A stretch of DNA of 64,000 nt, from the NCBI GenBank assembly GCA_964016885.1, contig OZ024750.1:25110001-25174000 (forward strand), read 5' to 3'. The notes beneath the pieces are model-generated. The model saw nothing but the letters and a program-made list of their open reading frames with translations, made no database searches and was not told where the DNA came from. Source of the stretch: Eledone cirrhosa (Eukaryota). A program made the position numbers and the translations under genes. This document shows, piece after piece, positions 11,875 through 24,617 of this stretch (position 1 is the first letter of the stretch; each line of letters opens with the position of its first letter).

Positions 11875-12215
11875 GGAGGCACATGGCTTAGTGGTTAGAG
11901 CATTGGCCTTGCAATCGAAAGCTTGTGAGTTCAATTCTCAGACCGGGTGATGTGTTGTTTCCTTGAGCAAGACACTTTATTTCACATTGCTCCAGTTTAC
12001 TCAGCTGTAGAAATGAGATGATAGGGACTGGGGTCCATATCATTCCACTGTAAAGTGGATGTGGAGGTGCCACGGCATAAAAGCACCCAGCACTCACTGT
12101 AAATGAGGTTGGTGTTAGGAAGGGCATCCGGCTGTAGAAATCAAGCCAGAATCAGTTCCCGTCCCACCCTTGCACACAGGGAAAAAGCAGACATAAAATG
12201 AAATGAAAAAATGAA
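11875..12215 (+). mobile_element. tRNA-derived CORE-SINE with RTE-derived 3' tail
   Basis: A-box tggcttagtgg and B-box gagttcaattct. The segment tccttgagcaagacacttt...ccagtttactcagctgtagaaatg aligns with the MIR/CORE consensus. The tail matches the RTE 3' UTR. Confidence 0.85.
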
Positions 12216-12930
12216 AATATCTGAACTATAGTATGTCTGTGTATAGTATATCTGAACTATAGTATGTCTGTATATAGTATAGTATATCTGAACTATACTA
12301 TGCCTCTATATAGTATAGTATATCTAAACTATAGTATATCTGTATATCGTAGAGTATATCTGAACTATAGTATGTCTATATAATATAGTATATATGAACA
12401 ATAGTATGTCTGTATATAGTATATCTGAACTATAGTATGTCTGTATATAATATAGTATATCTAAACTATAGTATGTCTATATAGTAGAGTATATCTGAAC
12501 TATAGTATGTCTGTATATAATATAGTATATCTGAACAATAGTAAGTCTGTATATAGTATATCTGAACTATAGTATGTCTGTATATAATATAGTATATCTG
12601 AACAATAGTATGTCTGTATATAGTATATCTGAACTATATTATGTCTGTATATAGTATATCTGAACAATAGTATGTCTGTATATAGTATATCTGAACAATA
12701 GTATGTCTGTATATAGTATATCTGAACTATAGTATGTCTGTATATAGTATATCTGAACAATAATATGTCTGTATATAGTATATCTGAACAATAGTATGTC
12801 TGTATATAGTATATCTGAACTATAGTATGTCGGTATATAGTATACCTGAACTATAGTATGTCTGTATATAATATAGTATATCTGAACAATAGTAGGTCTG
12901 TATATAGTATATCTGAACTATACTATGCCT
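12216..12930. repeat. ~31-36 bp minisatellite related to the 15-bp unit
   Basis: Repeated tatagtatatctgaac(t/a)atagtatgtctgta. Confidence 0.9.
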
Positions 12931-13200
12931 CTGTCTAAGTAAATAATTTCCAGTTATTCACATTATAATTACTGACTTTTGTTGATGAGTTTCAGTTTTT
13001 GCTGAGTCATTAATAAATTGATGTAATTAATTGTAAAAATTTAATTTCAATTTCCTATCAATATATTGACAGAGTTAATTATTGAAATGGTGAGAGGCTA
13101 ATTTGGTTTTCTTGAAGAATAACAATCAAAACAGTTAAAGACATAAAATGACATGGAATAACAGTTTTCGTTTCTGCTGTTTCGTGGTTTTGTTTTGGTT

Positions 13201-14055
<855 letters not shown>

Positions 14056-14365
14056 GCGACAGTAAGAAGACAAGAAGATATTCCTGTCCTAAGTTCTATT
14101 ATACAATCAGCAAACAATTAGTGTTCAGTAGCAGGAAAAAACTGTAAAGTGTTAAAACAATGGAATTAAAACTGTAAGAAATGTTGTCATCATCTATATT
14201 GTTGTTTTAAAGTTATCACTTTTGAAGTACTGAGATATTGAACTACTAAATGGATGCTTTGATAATTAGTGTAATCCATTCTAAGTGAGAGAAAGTTCCA
14301 CATTATTTAGCTTGTGTATTGTTTTATTATTTGGCTGGGGTTTTTTTCCTTTGTTTTATACAAAG

Positions 14366-16147
14366 GTAAGCTGTTTGAGGTCTGTGTTAGAAGTGTGTAG
14401 TAAGTACTGTTGTACTATGGGTACACTAAGCTAAGCTGTTTGAGGTCTGTGTTAGAAGTGTGTAGTAAGTACTGTTGTACTATGGGTACACTAAGCTAAG
14501 CTGTTTGAGGTCTGTGTTAGAAGTGTCTAGTAAGTACTGTTGTACTATGGGTACACTAAGCTAAGCTGTTTGAGGTCTGTGTTAGAAGTGTCTAGTAAGT
14601 ACTGTTGTACTATGGGTACACTAAGCTAAGCTGTTTGAGGTCTGTGTTAGAAGTGTCTAGTAAGTACTGTTGTACTATGGGTACACTAATCTAAGTTGTT
14701 TGAGGTCTGTGTTAGAAATGTGTAGTAAGTACTGTTGTACTATGGGTACACTAATCTAAGTTGTTTGAGGTCTGTGTTAGAAATGTGTAGTAAGTACTGT
14801 TGTACTATGGGTACACTATGGTAAGCTGTTTGAGGTTTGTGTTAGAAATGTGTAGTAAGTACTGTTGTACTATGGGTACACTATGGTAAGCTGTTTGAGG
14901 TCTGTGTTAGAAGTGTGTAGTAAGTACTGTTGTACTATGGGTACACTAAGCTAAGCTGTTTGCAGTCTGTGTTAGAAATGTGTAGTAAGTACTGTTGTAC
15001 TATGGGTACACTAAGCTAAGCTGTTTGAGGTCTGTGTTAGAAATGTGTAGTAAGTACTGTTGTACTATGGGTACACTAATCTAAGTTGTTTGAGGTCTGT
15101 GTTAGAAATGTGTAGTAAGTACTGTTGTACTATGGGTACACTAATCTAAGTTGTTTGAGGTCTGTGTTAGAAATGTGTAGTAAGTACTGTTGTACTATGG
15201 GTACACTATGGTAAGCTGTTTGAGGTTTGTGTTAGAAATGTGTAGTAAGTACTGTTGTACTATGGGTACACTATGGTAAGCTGTTTGAGGTCTGTGTTAG
15301 AAGTGTGTAGTAAGTACTGTTGTACTATGGGTACACTAAGCTAAGCTGTTTGAGGTCTGTGTTAGAAGTGTGTAGTAAGTACTGTTGTACTATGGGTACA
15401 CTAATCTAAGTTGTTTGAGGTCTGTGTTAGAAATGTGTAGTAAGTACTGTTGTACTATGGGTACACTAATCTAAGTTGTTTGAGGTCTGTGTTAGAAATG
15501 TGTAGTAAGTACTGTTGTACTATGGGTACACTATGGTAAGCTGTTTGAGGTTTGTGTTAGAAATGTGTAGTAAGTACTGTTGTACTATGGGTACACTAAT
15601 CTAAGTTGTTTGAGGTCTGTGTTAGAAATGTGTAGTAAGTACTGTTGTACTATGGGTACACTATGGTAAGCTGTTTGAGGTCTGTGTTAGAAGTGTGTAG
15701 TAAGTACTGTTGTACTATGGGTACACTATGGTAAGCTGTTTGAGGTCTGTGTTAGAAGTGTGTAGTAAGTACTGTTGTACTATGGGTACACTAAGCTAAG
15801 CTGTTTGCAGTCTGTGTTAGAAGTGTGTAGTAAGTACTGTTGTACTATGGGTACACTAATCTAAGTTGTTTGAGGTCTGTGTTAGAAATGTGTAGTAAGT
15901 ACTGTTGTACTATGGGTACACTATGGTAAGCTGTTTGAGGTTTGTGTTAGAAGTGTGTAGTAAGTACTGTTGTACTATGGGTACACTATGGTAAGCTGTT
16001 TGAGGTCTGTGTTAGAAGTGTGTAGTAAGTACTGTTGTACTATGGGTACACTAAACTAAGCTGTTTGAGGTTTGTGTTAGAAGTGTGTAGTAAGTACTGT
16101 TGTACTATGGGTACACTATGGTAAGCTGTTTGAGGTCTGTGTTAGAA
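14366..16147. repeat. 65-bp minisatellite, ~27 copies
   Basis: taagctgtttgaggtctgtgttagaagtgtgtagtaagtactgttgtactatgggtacac recurs at 14367, 14432, 14497 and onward. Confidence 0.97.
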
Positions 16148-16844
16148 CTGTAATAAAGATGGCCACTGGAGTTTGAATTTGCTTTCCTTTCTGAAAATAA
16201 CTTGAGAGTTCAAACAAAGGTGTGTGTGTATATATATATATATGAGAGAGAGAGGAGATACGATAATATATATATATATATATGTTAATATAGATATTTA
16301 AAGAAATGAGTCAGATATATTAACATAGATACATAATACACATCAATGTTGGGAGGAGTTGATAGTGTAGAGCAGGAATTGGAGAACAATGATTTGCAGA
16401 CTTTTTTAAATATGTGATATTGTATACCAACATTATTTGTTTTCCTTATTCCTTTGCTTGGGATAATCTTTGTGTTGTTTTCACTGTTTTAATTCACTCC
16501 TAAACATTATTCTGTGTTGACTTTTCAAAGCCACTGGTTTAGCAAAAGAAATATTGTCATTAATGTAATTAAAAGATATTGTAGTATTAAGAAATACCAG
16601 CTATTTTGGCTCTTCTGATTCCTTTGGTTATTCTTTACATCACTTGTGGAAATATTTCTTTTATTCTTCTTTAAACAATATTAATGAAAGACATTAAAGA
16701 AATTCTAGAACAAGCTGTTACCATAACTTTGTGTGATCATATTTTTTTTATACATAAAACATGAAAACATTTTCAATGTGGGCTGAACTCTGGTTGAGGT
16801 CTTTAGTCTTTAATGGTAAAGGTAAACCAAGGAACTAGGATGTA

Positions 16845-17115
16845 GTGGTGGTGGTGAGAATGTTAGGGTATGGTGGTGGTGGCGAGAATGGTAGGATGTG
16901 GTGGTGGTGAGGAGAATGTTAGGATGTGGTGGCGAAAATGGTAGGTTGTGGTGGTGGTGAGGTGAATGTTTGGATGCAGTGGCGAGAATGGTAGGTTGTG
17001 GTAGGGCGAGGAGAATATTAGGCTTTAGGATGTGGTCGGGAGGATTTTAAGATGTCGTGGTGGTGCCGAGAATGGTAGGATGGGGTGAGGAGAATATTAG
17101 GATGTGGTGATAAGA
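16845..17115. repeat. Degenerate G-rich minisatellite (ggtggtggcgagaatggtaggatgt)
   Basis: Imperfect repeats. Confidence 0.7.
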
Positions 17116-17242
17116 ATATTAGACATTAGACAAGATCACACAATCTCTACTCAGAGATGTATGGTATGGTAAACTGGTGCAACTGTTACTAAAGAGTTAA
17201 AAGCAATGATATTCTTCTATTTGCTCATTGGAGCTACATTTA

Positions 17243-17378
17243 ACCCTTTAGCATTTACATTATTCTATATTTACTATTATATTTTCACGATAAAGGCTTT
17301 ACCTCACATAATATCGAGTCTATGAAATTTTGATATTATTTATTTTGAGAACAATACCTTGACATTAGTATGAGCTGG
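17243..17378 (+). mobile_element. Truncated piggyBac-like MITE
   Basis: Left end TTAA-ccctttagcatttacatt present, right end missing. Confidence 0.65.
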
Positions 17379-17517
17379 TAGGCATGTCTGAGGACTCTGC
17401 CTCCATGACACTCACGGGATTAAGTAAACAAGAACAAGAGAATGGAATACACATAAACTACTTTTCACTTCATTTTGAATTAATGTTCTTCTTGTTTGTC
17501 TACTTCTCTGAACATTC

Positions 17518-17561
<44 letters not shown>

Positions 17562-17594
17562 GTAATATTTACAGTAACAATAATAAGAATAATA

Positions 17595-17996
17595 ATTGTT
17601 TCTACTATTGGCACAAGGCCAGCAATTACCCAGTGTATTACTGGTACTTTATTTTATCGACCCCATAAGGATGAAAAGCAAAGTTAACCTCGGCGGGATT
17701 TGAACTCAGAATGGCAAGGGCCGTTACTCTATGAGTCAAAGCATGGCGTCCGACCCTCTACCGATACTGCCAATCCAAATAATGGTTTCTTATATAGGCA
17801 GAAGGTCAGCAATTTTGGGGGAGGGGAAAGTCGATTAAATCGACCCCAGTACATTACTGGTACTTTATTTTATCGACCCCGTAAGGATGAAAGGCAAAGT
17901 TAACCTCGGCGAGATTTCAACTCATATCATAAAGGGCCGTAACTCTATGCTGCAAAGCATGGCGTCCGACCCTCTACCGATACTGCCAATCCACCA
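17595..17996 (-). mobile_element. Two Meta-like SINE copies
   Basis: Reverse complement of the 7559-type SINE. Confidence 0.8.
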
Positions 17997-18169
17997 GTAA
18001 TGACAACTATAATAACGGCATTAATGATAAAAAGAAAGGAAACAAAAGGAAAGAAATAATAGGGAAATATAGAGAAAAAAGAGAGAAAGAAAGAAGAAAA
18101 AGAACGGGAAGGGGAGGGGATGGCAAGAGCTCTGGTGTCGCAAGCGGAGGGTGATTGGGCCTAGGGCAA

Positions 18170-18292
18170 GGAGTGCCGCGCCCTGCGGACAAGACGGCAA
18201 AAGCATTCCTGTGGATGATGGCCAAATACACCTGTTGCAACAGCCACTCAACCTTGCGGGGCTCTCTCTTCAGACGGGCTGTCGACATTCGA
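18170..18292 (-). pseudogene. CRE-like non-LTR retrotransposon C-terminal relic
   Basis: Translation STARLKREPRKVEWLLQQVYLAIIHRNAFAVL resembles the CRE-clade terminus (DPRE..WL.QR.S.AI.RGNA). Assignment is from recall. Confidence 0.5.
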
Positions 18293-19113
18293 CTAAGGAC
18301 TTAAGACATTTTGTGTTGTTTTTCTGGGCGGAAGTTGTGTGTTCCTGATCAATTTGACCACTTAACATTTTATCAGTGGTGCTTGTTTTGTCAACTAAAT
18401 CTTTTCATTTTAGAAGTAGCCAATTAAGAAGTCATGACTGTCTTTCCTACAGTTTATACAGTTTAACTATTAAAGTTCTGTGACAATCAGATTGCTTGTC
18501 AGAGCAACATAATGGTTGTGTCAGTGGTATGGATGAAGTAATGTCATTTCAAGTACATCTCTCTAGTGTATATATACATATATGTATATACACACACACA
18601 CATACACACATACACACATACAAACATATATATATTTATATATATAAACGCATACACATAGACCTACATACAAACATCCATAAACACATATACACACACA
18701 CACACACATACATACACGTGTATATACATACCTACCTACATACAAACATACATATATATATATATATATACCTACATATATACATACATACATATATGCA
18801 TACATACATACTACTTTCAATGTGATTGAGAGAAAAAGTTATCTTTTACTATTAGGAGATTGTCATAGTAGTCTGCTGTTTGCTTTGTAGAACATTAATA
18901 AGTTATAAAACCTTTTATGGCGGAGCTGTTGTTTATGTCTGACATAGGTGAGTTACATCATCATCAGCACCGTTTTATGTCCATTTTTCCATGCTAGCAT
19001 GGGTATTAGACACAATACAGCGGTAAAAAGGGGACCTGATTACAACAGCCTGGCATTATAAAAGGATTGTGACACTGCTGATCACAAATGCTAGTCTTGC
19101 TATATATATATAT

Positions 19114-19541
19114 ATAAATGGAAACTATATTTATAAAACCATATTTATTTCATTATACATATTTCAAGGACACCAAAGCAAATTATGGTGCGCTTTCATC
19201 AGATAAAATATAATATAGATCAGTTTTATAAACAGATATTGACATACCCTTAAAAGAATGCAACCATGTCTGTTGGAAGCTCCCGACATGGTCGCATTCT
19301 TTTAAGGGTATGTCAATATTTGTTTATAAAACTGATCTATATTATATTTTATCTGATGAAAGCACACCATAATTTGCTTTGGTGTCCTTGAAATATGTAT
19401 AATGAAATAAATATGGTTTTATAAATATAGTTTCCATTTATTAATATATTGTATTTTTACTCCAAAAATTTGTTGAGTGCTTTATATCAGTTATAAAAAT
19501 ATTTGCTTGTTGTATCCCAACAAATTAAATATAACTTCTAC
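19114..19541 (+). mobile_element. (TA)n-flanked fold-back element (Penelope-like pseudo-LTR remnant) with 157-bp inverted arms and a tail
   Basis: Arms 19114-19270 and 19285-19441, unique tail to 19541, (TA)n on both sides, hammerhead motif in each arm. Confidence 0.75.
19345..19409 (+). ncRNA. Type I minimal hammerhead ribozyme motif
   Basis: tattttat-CTGATGA-aagcacacca..tggtgtcctt-GAAA-tatgta-TA-atgaaata, with an 8-bp stem I. An inverted copy lies at 19146-19210 (-). Confidence 0.75.
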
Positions 19542-19714
19542 ATATATATATATATATATGTATAATAAAATATATATTTTCATTATGAGAATATTTTTCA
19601 TTTATTAACATTTTGAATAATATTAAACACTCCAGGAAAATCTCTTGTCGAGTGCTTCTAATCTATTGTAAAATAGTATTTGTTGATTAATCAATGAACC
19701 ATATTAATGTTTGG

Positions 19715-19756
<42 letters not shown>

Positions 19757-20077
19757 GAACAAAGAATCAGTGTTGCATCATATACATATTTAATTGCGTA
19801 TTACATATGTTTCACTGTCGATCAGCTCAAGGAACGATCGATTAATGATCGATCCTGACTCTGGAATCGGAAGCTCCTACGGGCGCAATTAATTTGTACC
19901 TCTATTATATATATATATATGGTTTTTATTTTTTATGAGGTCTTATATTTGAGAAAGATTAAAATAAATACAATCAAAAATCAAGCTTTTTGAATAACAA
20001 ACAATATATGTATGTGAGTATTTTCTGATTATAGTTTTAATGAGGAGGAGGCTGAGAGTCAAACTTAGTTAGGCAAT

Positions 20078-20282
20078 AGTGGGTACTCTACAGATGGGGT
20101 GGTGAGTGGTGGGTACTCTAGAAATGGGGTGATCTGTGATGGGTACTCTAGAAATGGGGTGGTGGCAGTGGTGGGTACTCTAGAAATGTGGTGGTCAGGG
20201 GTGGGTACTCTAGAAATGGGGTGGTCAGGAGTGAGTACTCTAGAAATGGGGTGGTCAGGGATGGGTACTCTAGAGATGGAGT
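20078..20282. repeat. ~30-bp minisatellite (gggtactctagaaatggggtggtcagg)
   Basis: About 7 imperfect units. Confidence 0.85.
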
Positions 20283-20336
20283 TGTATTAAAATTAGACTG
20301 CTGTGTAACATACTAAATGATCAGTATTCTAGACCT

Positions 20337-20672
20337 AGACCCCCTTCAGTCATGAATGACCATAGGATTTGCACCTAGAAAGTCCCCCCCCCCCAGGTAC
20401 AAGCCCTGGCTAGGTGGTTTGTGGAAGACCGGCAATTGCCCAAGCATACCAGTCTCACCTCTCCACGCCACCGATGTTGTCCAAGGTAAGAGAAAGGCCA
20501 ATACAACTTGGCACCAGTGATGTCTCAACTCATTTCTACAGCTGAGTGAACTGGAGCAATGTGAAATAAAGTGTCTTGCTCAAGAACACAACACAAATCT
20601 CAATCCGAGAATTGAACTTACAATCTCATAATTGTAAGCCCGATGCTTTAACCACTAAGTCATGCACCTTCT
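20337..20672 (-). mobile_element. CORE-SINE with a different 3' tail
   Basis: Similar tRNA head and the same CORE segment as the 11875 SINE, but a non-RTE tail. Confidence 0.75.
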
Positions 20673-21185
20673 GTAATAATGGGAGTGTAAAACTGAATAT
20701 TTAAGGACCAACATTTTAGAAAATTTGGTGGCAGTTTTAGGTAACTTTAGCTTAAGCCTAACCCAAATTTAAATACACCAAATATATTTTATGTAAAAGA
20801 TATTTTAACTGTTATAACTAGAAAGATGACTCTTATATTAAATTTTTCAAGATGTCTACTTAAGTTCTGAAATATTGCTGTACTAACATTTAAAAAAACA
20901 TAGTACTCACTAACAATGAATGAGTTATATAATGGTGCATGATTTAATTACTAAATGTGTTTAAAAGATTACTCGTATACTATATTATAATTTTAGATTA
21001 ATATTTTAGGCAGGTGATTGCATTAGATTTGTCAGTGAGTGCATTAGCAAGAATAATGGATATTAGAACCAGGGTAAAGAAAAAAAATCGTTATGTAAAA
21101 TTAATGTAATTTTTATTTTCCATTTCTATATAATATATGTAACTCTATCCACTAAATATAAATTCATAGGTTTTTGCTCTACTGA

Positions 21186-21237
<52 letters not shown>

Positions 21238-21258
21238 CTCTTTCTCTCTTTCTCTCTT

Positions 21259-21291
<33 letters not shown>

Positions 21292-22416
21292 TTTTTCTAT
21301 TATTTCCCTCTGTGTGCAATATTTTGAGATTCCAACATAGATTTGAAGATGTAGAATTTCTGGTAATTTCAGTAGCTCCAGTTAGACTGGAGTTTATCGC
21401 ACATAAAAAAATAGTTCATTGAATGTTTTCCTATGTCAAACTGTTGTAACTTAAACCAAGTCTCTACAACTGTAACTGGATTGAAATGGTGGAGGAAGAG
21501 GAGGATGTTAATCCTATTTTATCTCTTCTTCCTTTTCCAACAGGTCATTTTTCCCCCTCTGGCTTCTTCTCTTCATAGCTTGTAAGATTCAAAGGGAAAA
21601 GTCACTATCATTGTAAACTATTCCAACTATTCTTATTGATTTCTATTTCTTGAATAAAAAATAACCATCAGTTTATAGCGAGATTACTGGGTTGTATGAA
21701 TGTAACAAAACGAGACATGGTTTGTGTGTATAATATTTAATTAACAATGGTAGATAGTATAGTTGACATGTCAAAGATGAGGATGTTGTTAGAATGAAGC
21801 AAAGTTAGTAGTTACCGTTTTGATTGCCAGGCAAACGCGGCTGGCAGAGGACGCCTGGCTAAGGCCAGGCGCCTGTTGGCCAAATGAATGGCAGAGCCAA
21901 ATGTGAGGCTCTTGACCTGGTGCCGAAAAGGCAATGAGAGATTGAGAGCTTAAAGTTATTAGTTTTATAGGGTTCTGACCGGAAGTTACAGAAAGGGTTC
22001 TACTTCCCGTCTGGATGTTAATCCAAACAAGGGAGACAACCGCTACAAGTTTTATGCCATTTTTGTTTGTTTGTTTTTGTAAAACCAATATTTATTGCAA
22101 TTGAAGAATAAGGATGACTTTTCACTTGACATAAGGTCTATTTTATAATAGTGAATTGCTGTCAATATTTCTACTTTGTCATTGTCTGAAGGAAGAAGAA
22201 TAGCCAAGCTGGCCCTGAGATTAGCAATGCAAGCTTGAGAATTACTGAAATAGATATTGCAAAGTAGGCCACCATGATGTTTGTTTTGTAGTCTGGGTAG
22301 TGGTCAATTCAATAGACTGGGGGATTAAATAACTCCTGGTATTTAGTTACAACTCTTTATGTTCTGTTTTCAAATATCATTGAAACTTTCCTCTCTCATC
22401 CATATGGAGTTGATAA

Positions 22417-22760
22417 ATACTAGTAGTACTAATAAAATACAGTTGACTGTATATTTGTAACATACTAATAGTACTAATAAAATACAGTTGACTATATTTC
22501 TGGCATACTAGTAGTACTAATAAAATACAGTTGACTGTATATTTGTAACATACTAATAGTACTAATAAAATACAGTTGACTATATTTCTGGCATACTAGT
22601 AGTACTAATAAAATACAGTTGACTATATTTCTGGCATACTTTCTGGCATACTAGTAGTACTAATAAAATACAGTTGACTGTATATTTCTGACATACTAGT
22701 AGTACTTACAGCTGACTCTGTATATTTGTAACATACTAGTAGTACTAATAATGTACTAGG
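22417..22760. repeat. ~43-bp minisatellite (tactagtagtactaataaaatacagttgact...)
   Basis: About 7 units. Confidence 0.85.
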
Positions 22761-22846
22761 AGTCAGTTAGTTAACTTAATATAATATTTGTAACAATGTA
22801 CCATTGGAAAAGAAAATCAATATTATCTGAAGTGACACAACTTTAA

Positions 22847-23575
22847 GGAACTCAGTTTTAAATATATAGGACTTGGAACTCTGTTTTAAAGATTTAGGAC
22901 TTGGAACTCTGTTTTAAAGATTTAGGACTTGGAACTCAGTTTTAAAGATTTTGTTCTTTTTGGAACTCAGTTTTAAATATTTTGTTCTTGTTGGAACTCA
23001 GTTTTAAAGATATAGTACTTGTTAGAACTCAGTTTTAAAGATATAGGACTTGGAACTCAGTTTTAAAGATTTTGTTCTTGTTAGAACTCAGTTTTAAATA
23101 TATTGGACTTGTTGGAACTCAGTTTTAAAGATTTTGTTCTTGTTAGAACTCAGTTTTAAAGATTTTGTTCTTGTTAGAACTCAATTTTAAAGATTTTGTT
23201 CTTGTTAGAACTCAATTTTAAAGATTTTGTTCTTGTTAGAACTCAATTTTAAAGATACTGTACTTGTTGGAACTCAGTTTTAAATATATTGGACTTGTTG
23301 GAACTCAGTTTTAAAGATATTGTACTTGTTGGAGCTCAGTTTTAAAGATTTTGTTCTTGTTAGAACTCAATTTTAAAGATTTTGTTCTTGTTAGAACTCA
23401 ATTTTAAAGATTTTGTTCTTGTTAGAACTCAATTTTAAAGATACTGTACTTGTTGGAACTCAGTTTTAAATATATTGGACTTGTTGGAGCTCAGTTTAAA
23501 ATATATAGGACTTGGAACTCAGTTTTAAAGATATAGAACTTGCTGAAACTCAGTTTTAAAGATATTGTACCTGTT
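22847..23575. repeat. ~28-31 bp minisatellite (gaactcagttttaaagattttgttcttgtt)
   Basis: More than 20 units. Confidence 0.9.
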
Positions 23576-23785
23576 GACATTTGAAAAGAAACTTTTAAAT
23601 GTTTGTTGTTTCTAAAGATGGTTATTTCTTGTAATGTAAATATATATAAAAATATATTCTAGTATCCACCATATTTGGTTAACATAAACCATGAATAGAT
23701 ATATTATTTTAAATTATTCAAACTTTATATCTTTTATTCTTATTTTCTGTTTATAATCTTTTATTCTTATTTTCTGTTTATACAG

Positions 23786-23816
23786 TGTTTGTTTTTTCTT
23801 TTATTTTCAGGTAAGT
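23786..23816 (+). other. Juxtaposed 3'/5' splice signal (polypyrimidine-CAG|GTAAGT), candidate recursive splice site
   Basis: tgtttgttttttcttttattttcag|gtaagt, with the junction at 23810/23811. Confidence 0.45.
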
Positions 23817-24096
23817 GTACCTGTACAATTTTCAATCAACTGGAAGTTGCAAGTAACATCTTTTTTATTCAATATTTAAATATTTAACTTTTACTTCACC
23901 ATCTTAACTATTATATATAAAAAAAAATCCAAGTTGTCTTTCAGTTTGTTTTTCTCCCTTTTAATATTCAACCAAAACATTCTGAAGTAGAAAAAAATAT
24001 ATGAATAGAAAGTTTACTGTGATTGAACATAAATACACTAAATTGTAACAACAAAAAATAGTGTGTACAATATATATATATATAGAGAGAGAGAGA

Positions 24097-24405
24097 GCAT
24101 TGGCTTTGCAATCGAAAGGTTGTGAGTTCAATTCTCAGACTGGGTGATGTGTTGTTTCCTTGAGCAAGACACTTTATTTCACATTGCTCCAGTTTACTCA
24201 GCTGTAGAAATGAGATAATAGGGACTGGGGTCCCTATCATTCCACTGCAAAGTGGTTGTGGAGGTGCCACGGAAAAAAAGCACCCAGCACTCACTGTAAA
24301 TGAGGTTGGTGTTAGGAAGGGCATCCAGCTGTAGAAATCAAGCCAGAATCAGCCCCGTCCCACCCTTGCAAGCAGGGAAAAGCGGACGTAAAATGATGAA
24401 ATGAA
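24097..24405 (+). mobile_element. 5'-truncated CORE-SINE with RTE tail
   Basis: Homologous to 11875-12215. Confidence 0.85.
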
Positions 24406-24547
24406 AAAAAAATATATATATATATATAATCATCATCATCATCGTTAATGTCCTTTTCCACACTAGCAAGGGTTATATATGTGTGTGTGTGTGTGTGTGT
24501 ATATATTTTATATATATATTTGTGAAATGATGATGATTGTATATGTA

Positions 24548-24617
24548 TTGGGTCGTCAAGTATGAAATTTGAAGAAATTTGTTTTTTTTTCTACAAATTT
24601 CATACTTGACGACCCAA
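24548..24617. mobile_element. 70-bp mariner-type mini-MITE
   Basis: 24-bp perfect TIRs ttgggtcgtcaagtatgaaatttg, flanked by TA on both sides. Confidence 0.7.

Noticed and set aside
11875-11950. tRNA-like sequence with A and B boxes
   Set aside because: It is a SINE head that continues into CORE and LINE tail, and I could not fold a proper cloverleaf.
14340-14372. Yn-AAG|GTAAGC second recursive-site candidate
   Set aside because: AAG is a poor acceptor and the donor is part of the minisatellite unit.
14366-16147. Regular array resembling CRISPR
   Set aside because: Head-to-tail units without unique spacers, no cas genes, and a eukaryotic context.
21825-22045. GC-richer island with an ACCGGAAGT (ETS-like) word
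   Set aside because: A single motif with no supporting promoter or ORF evidence.
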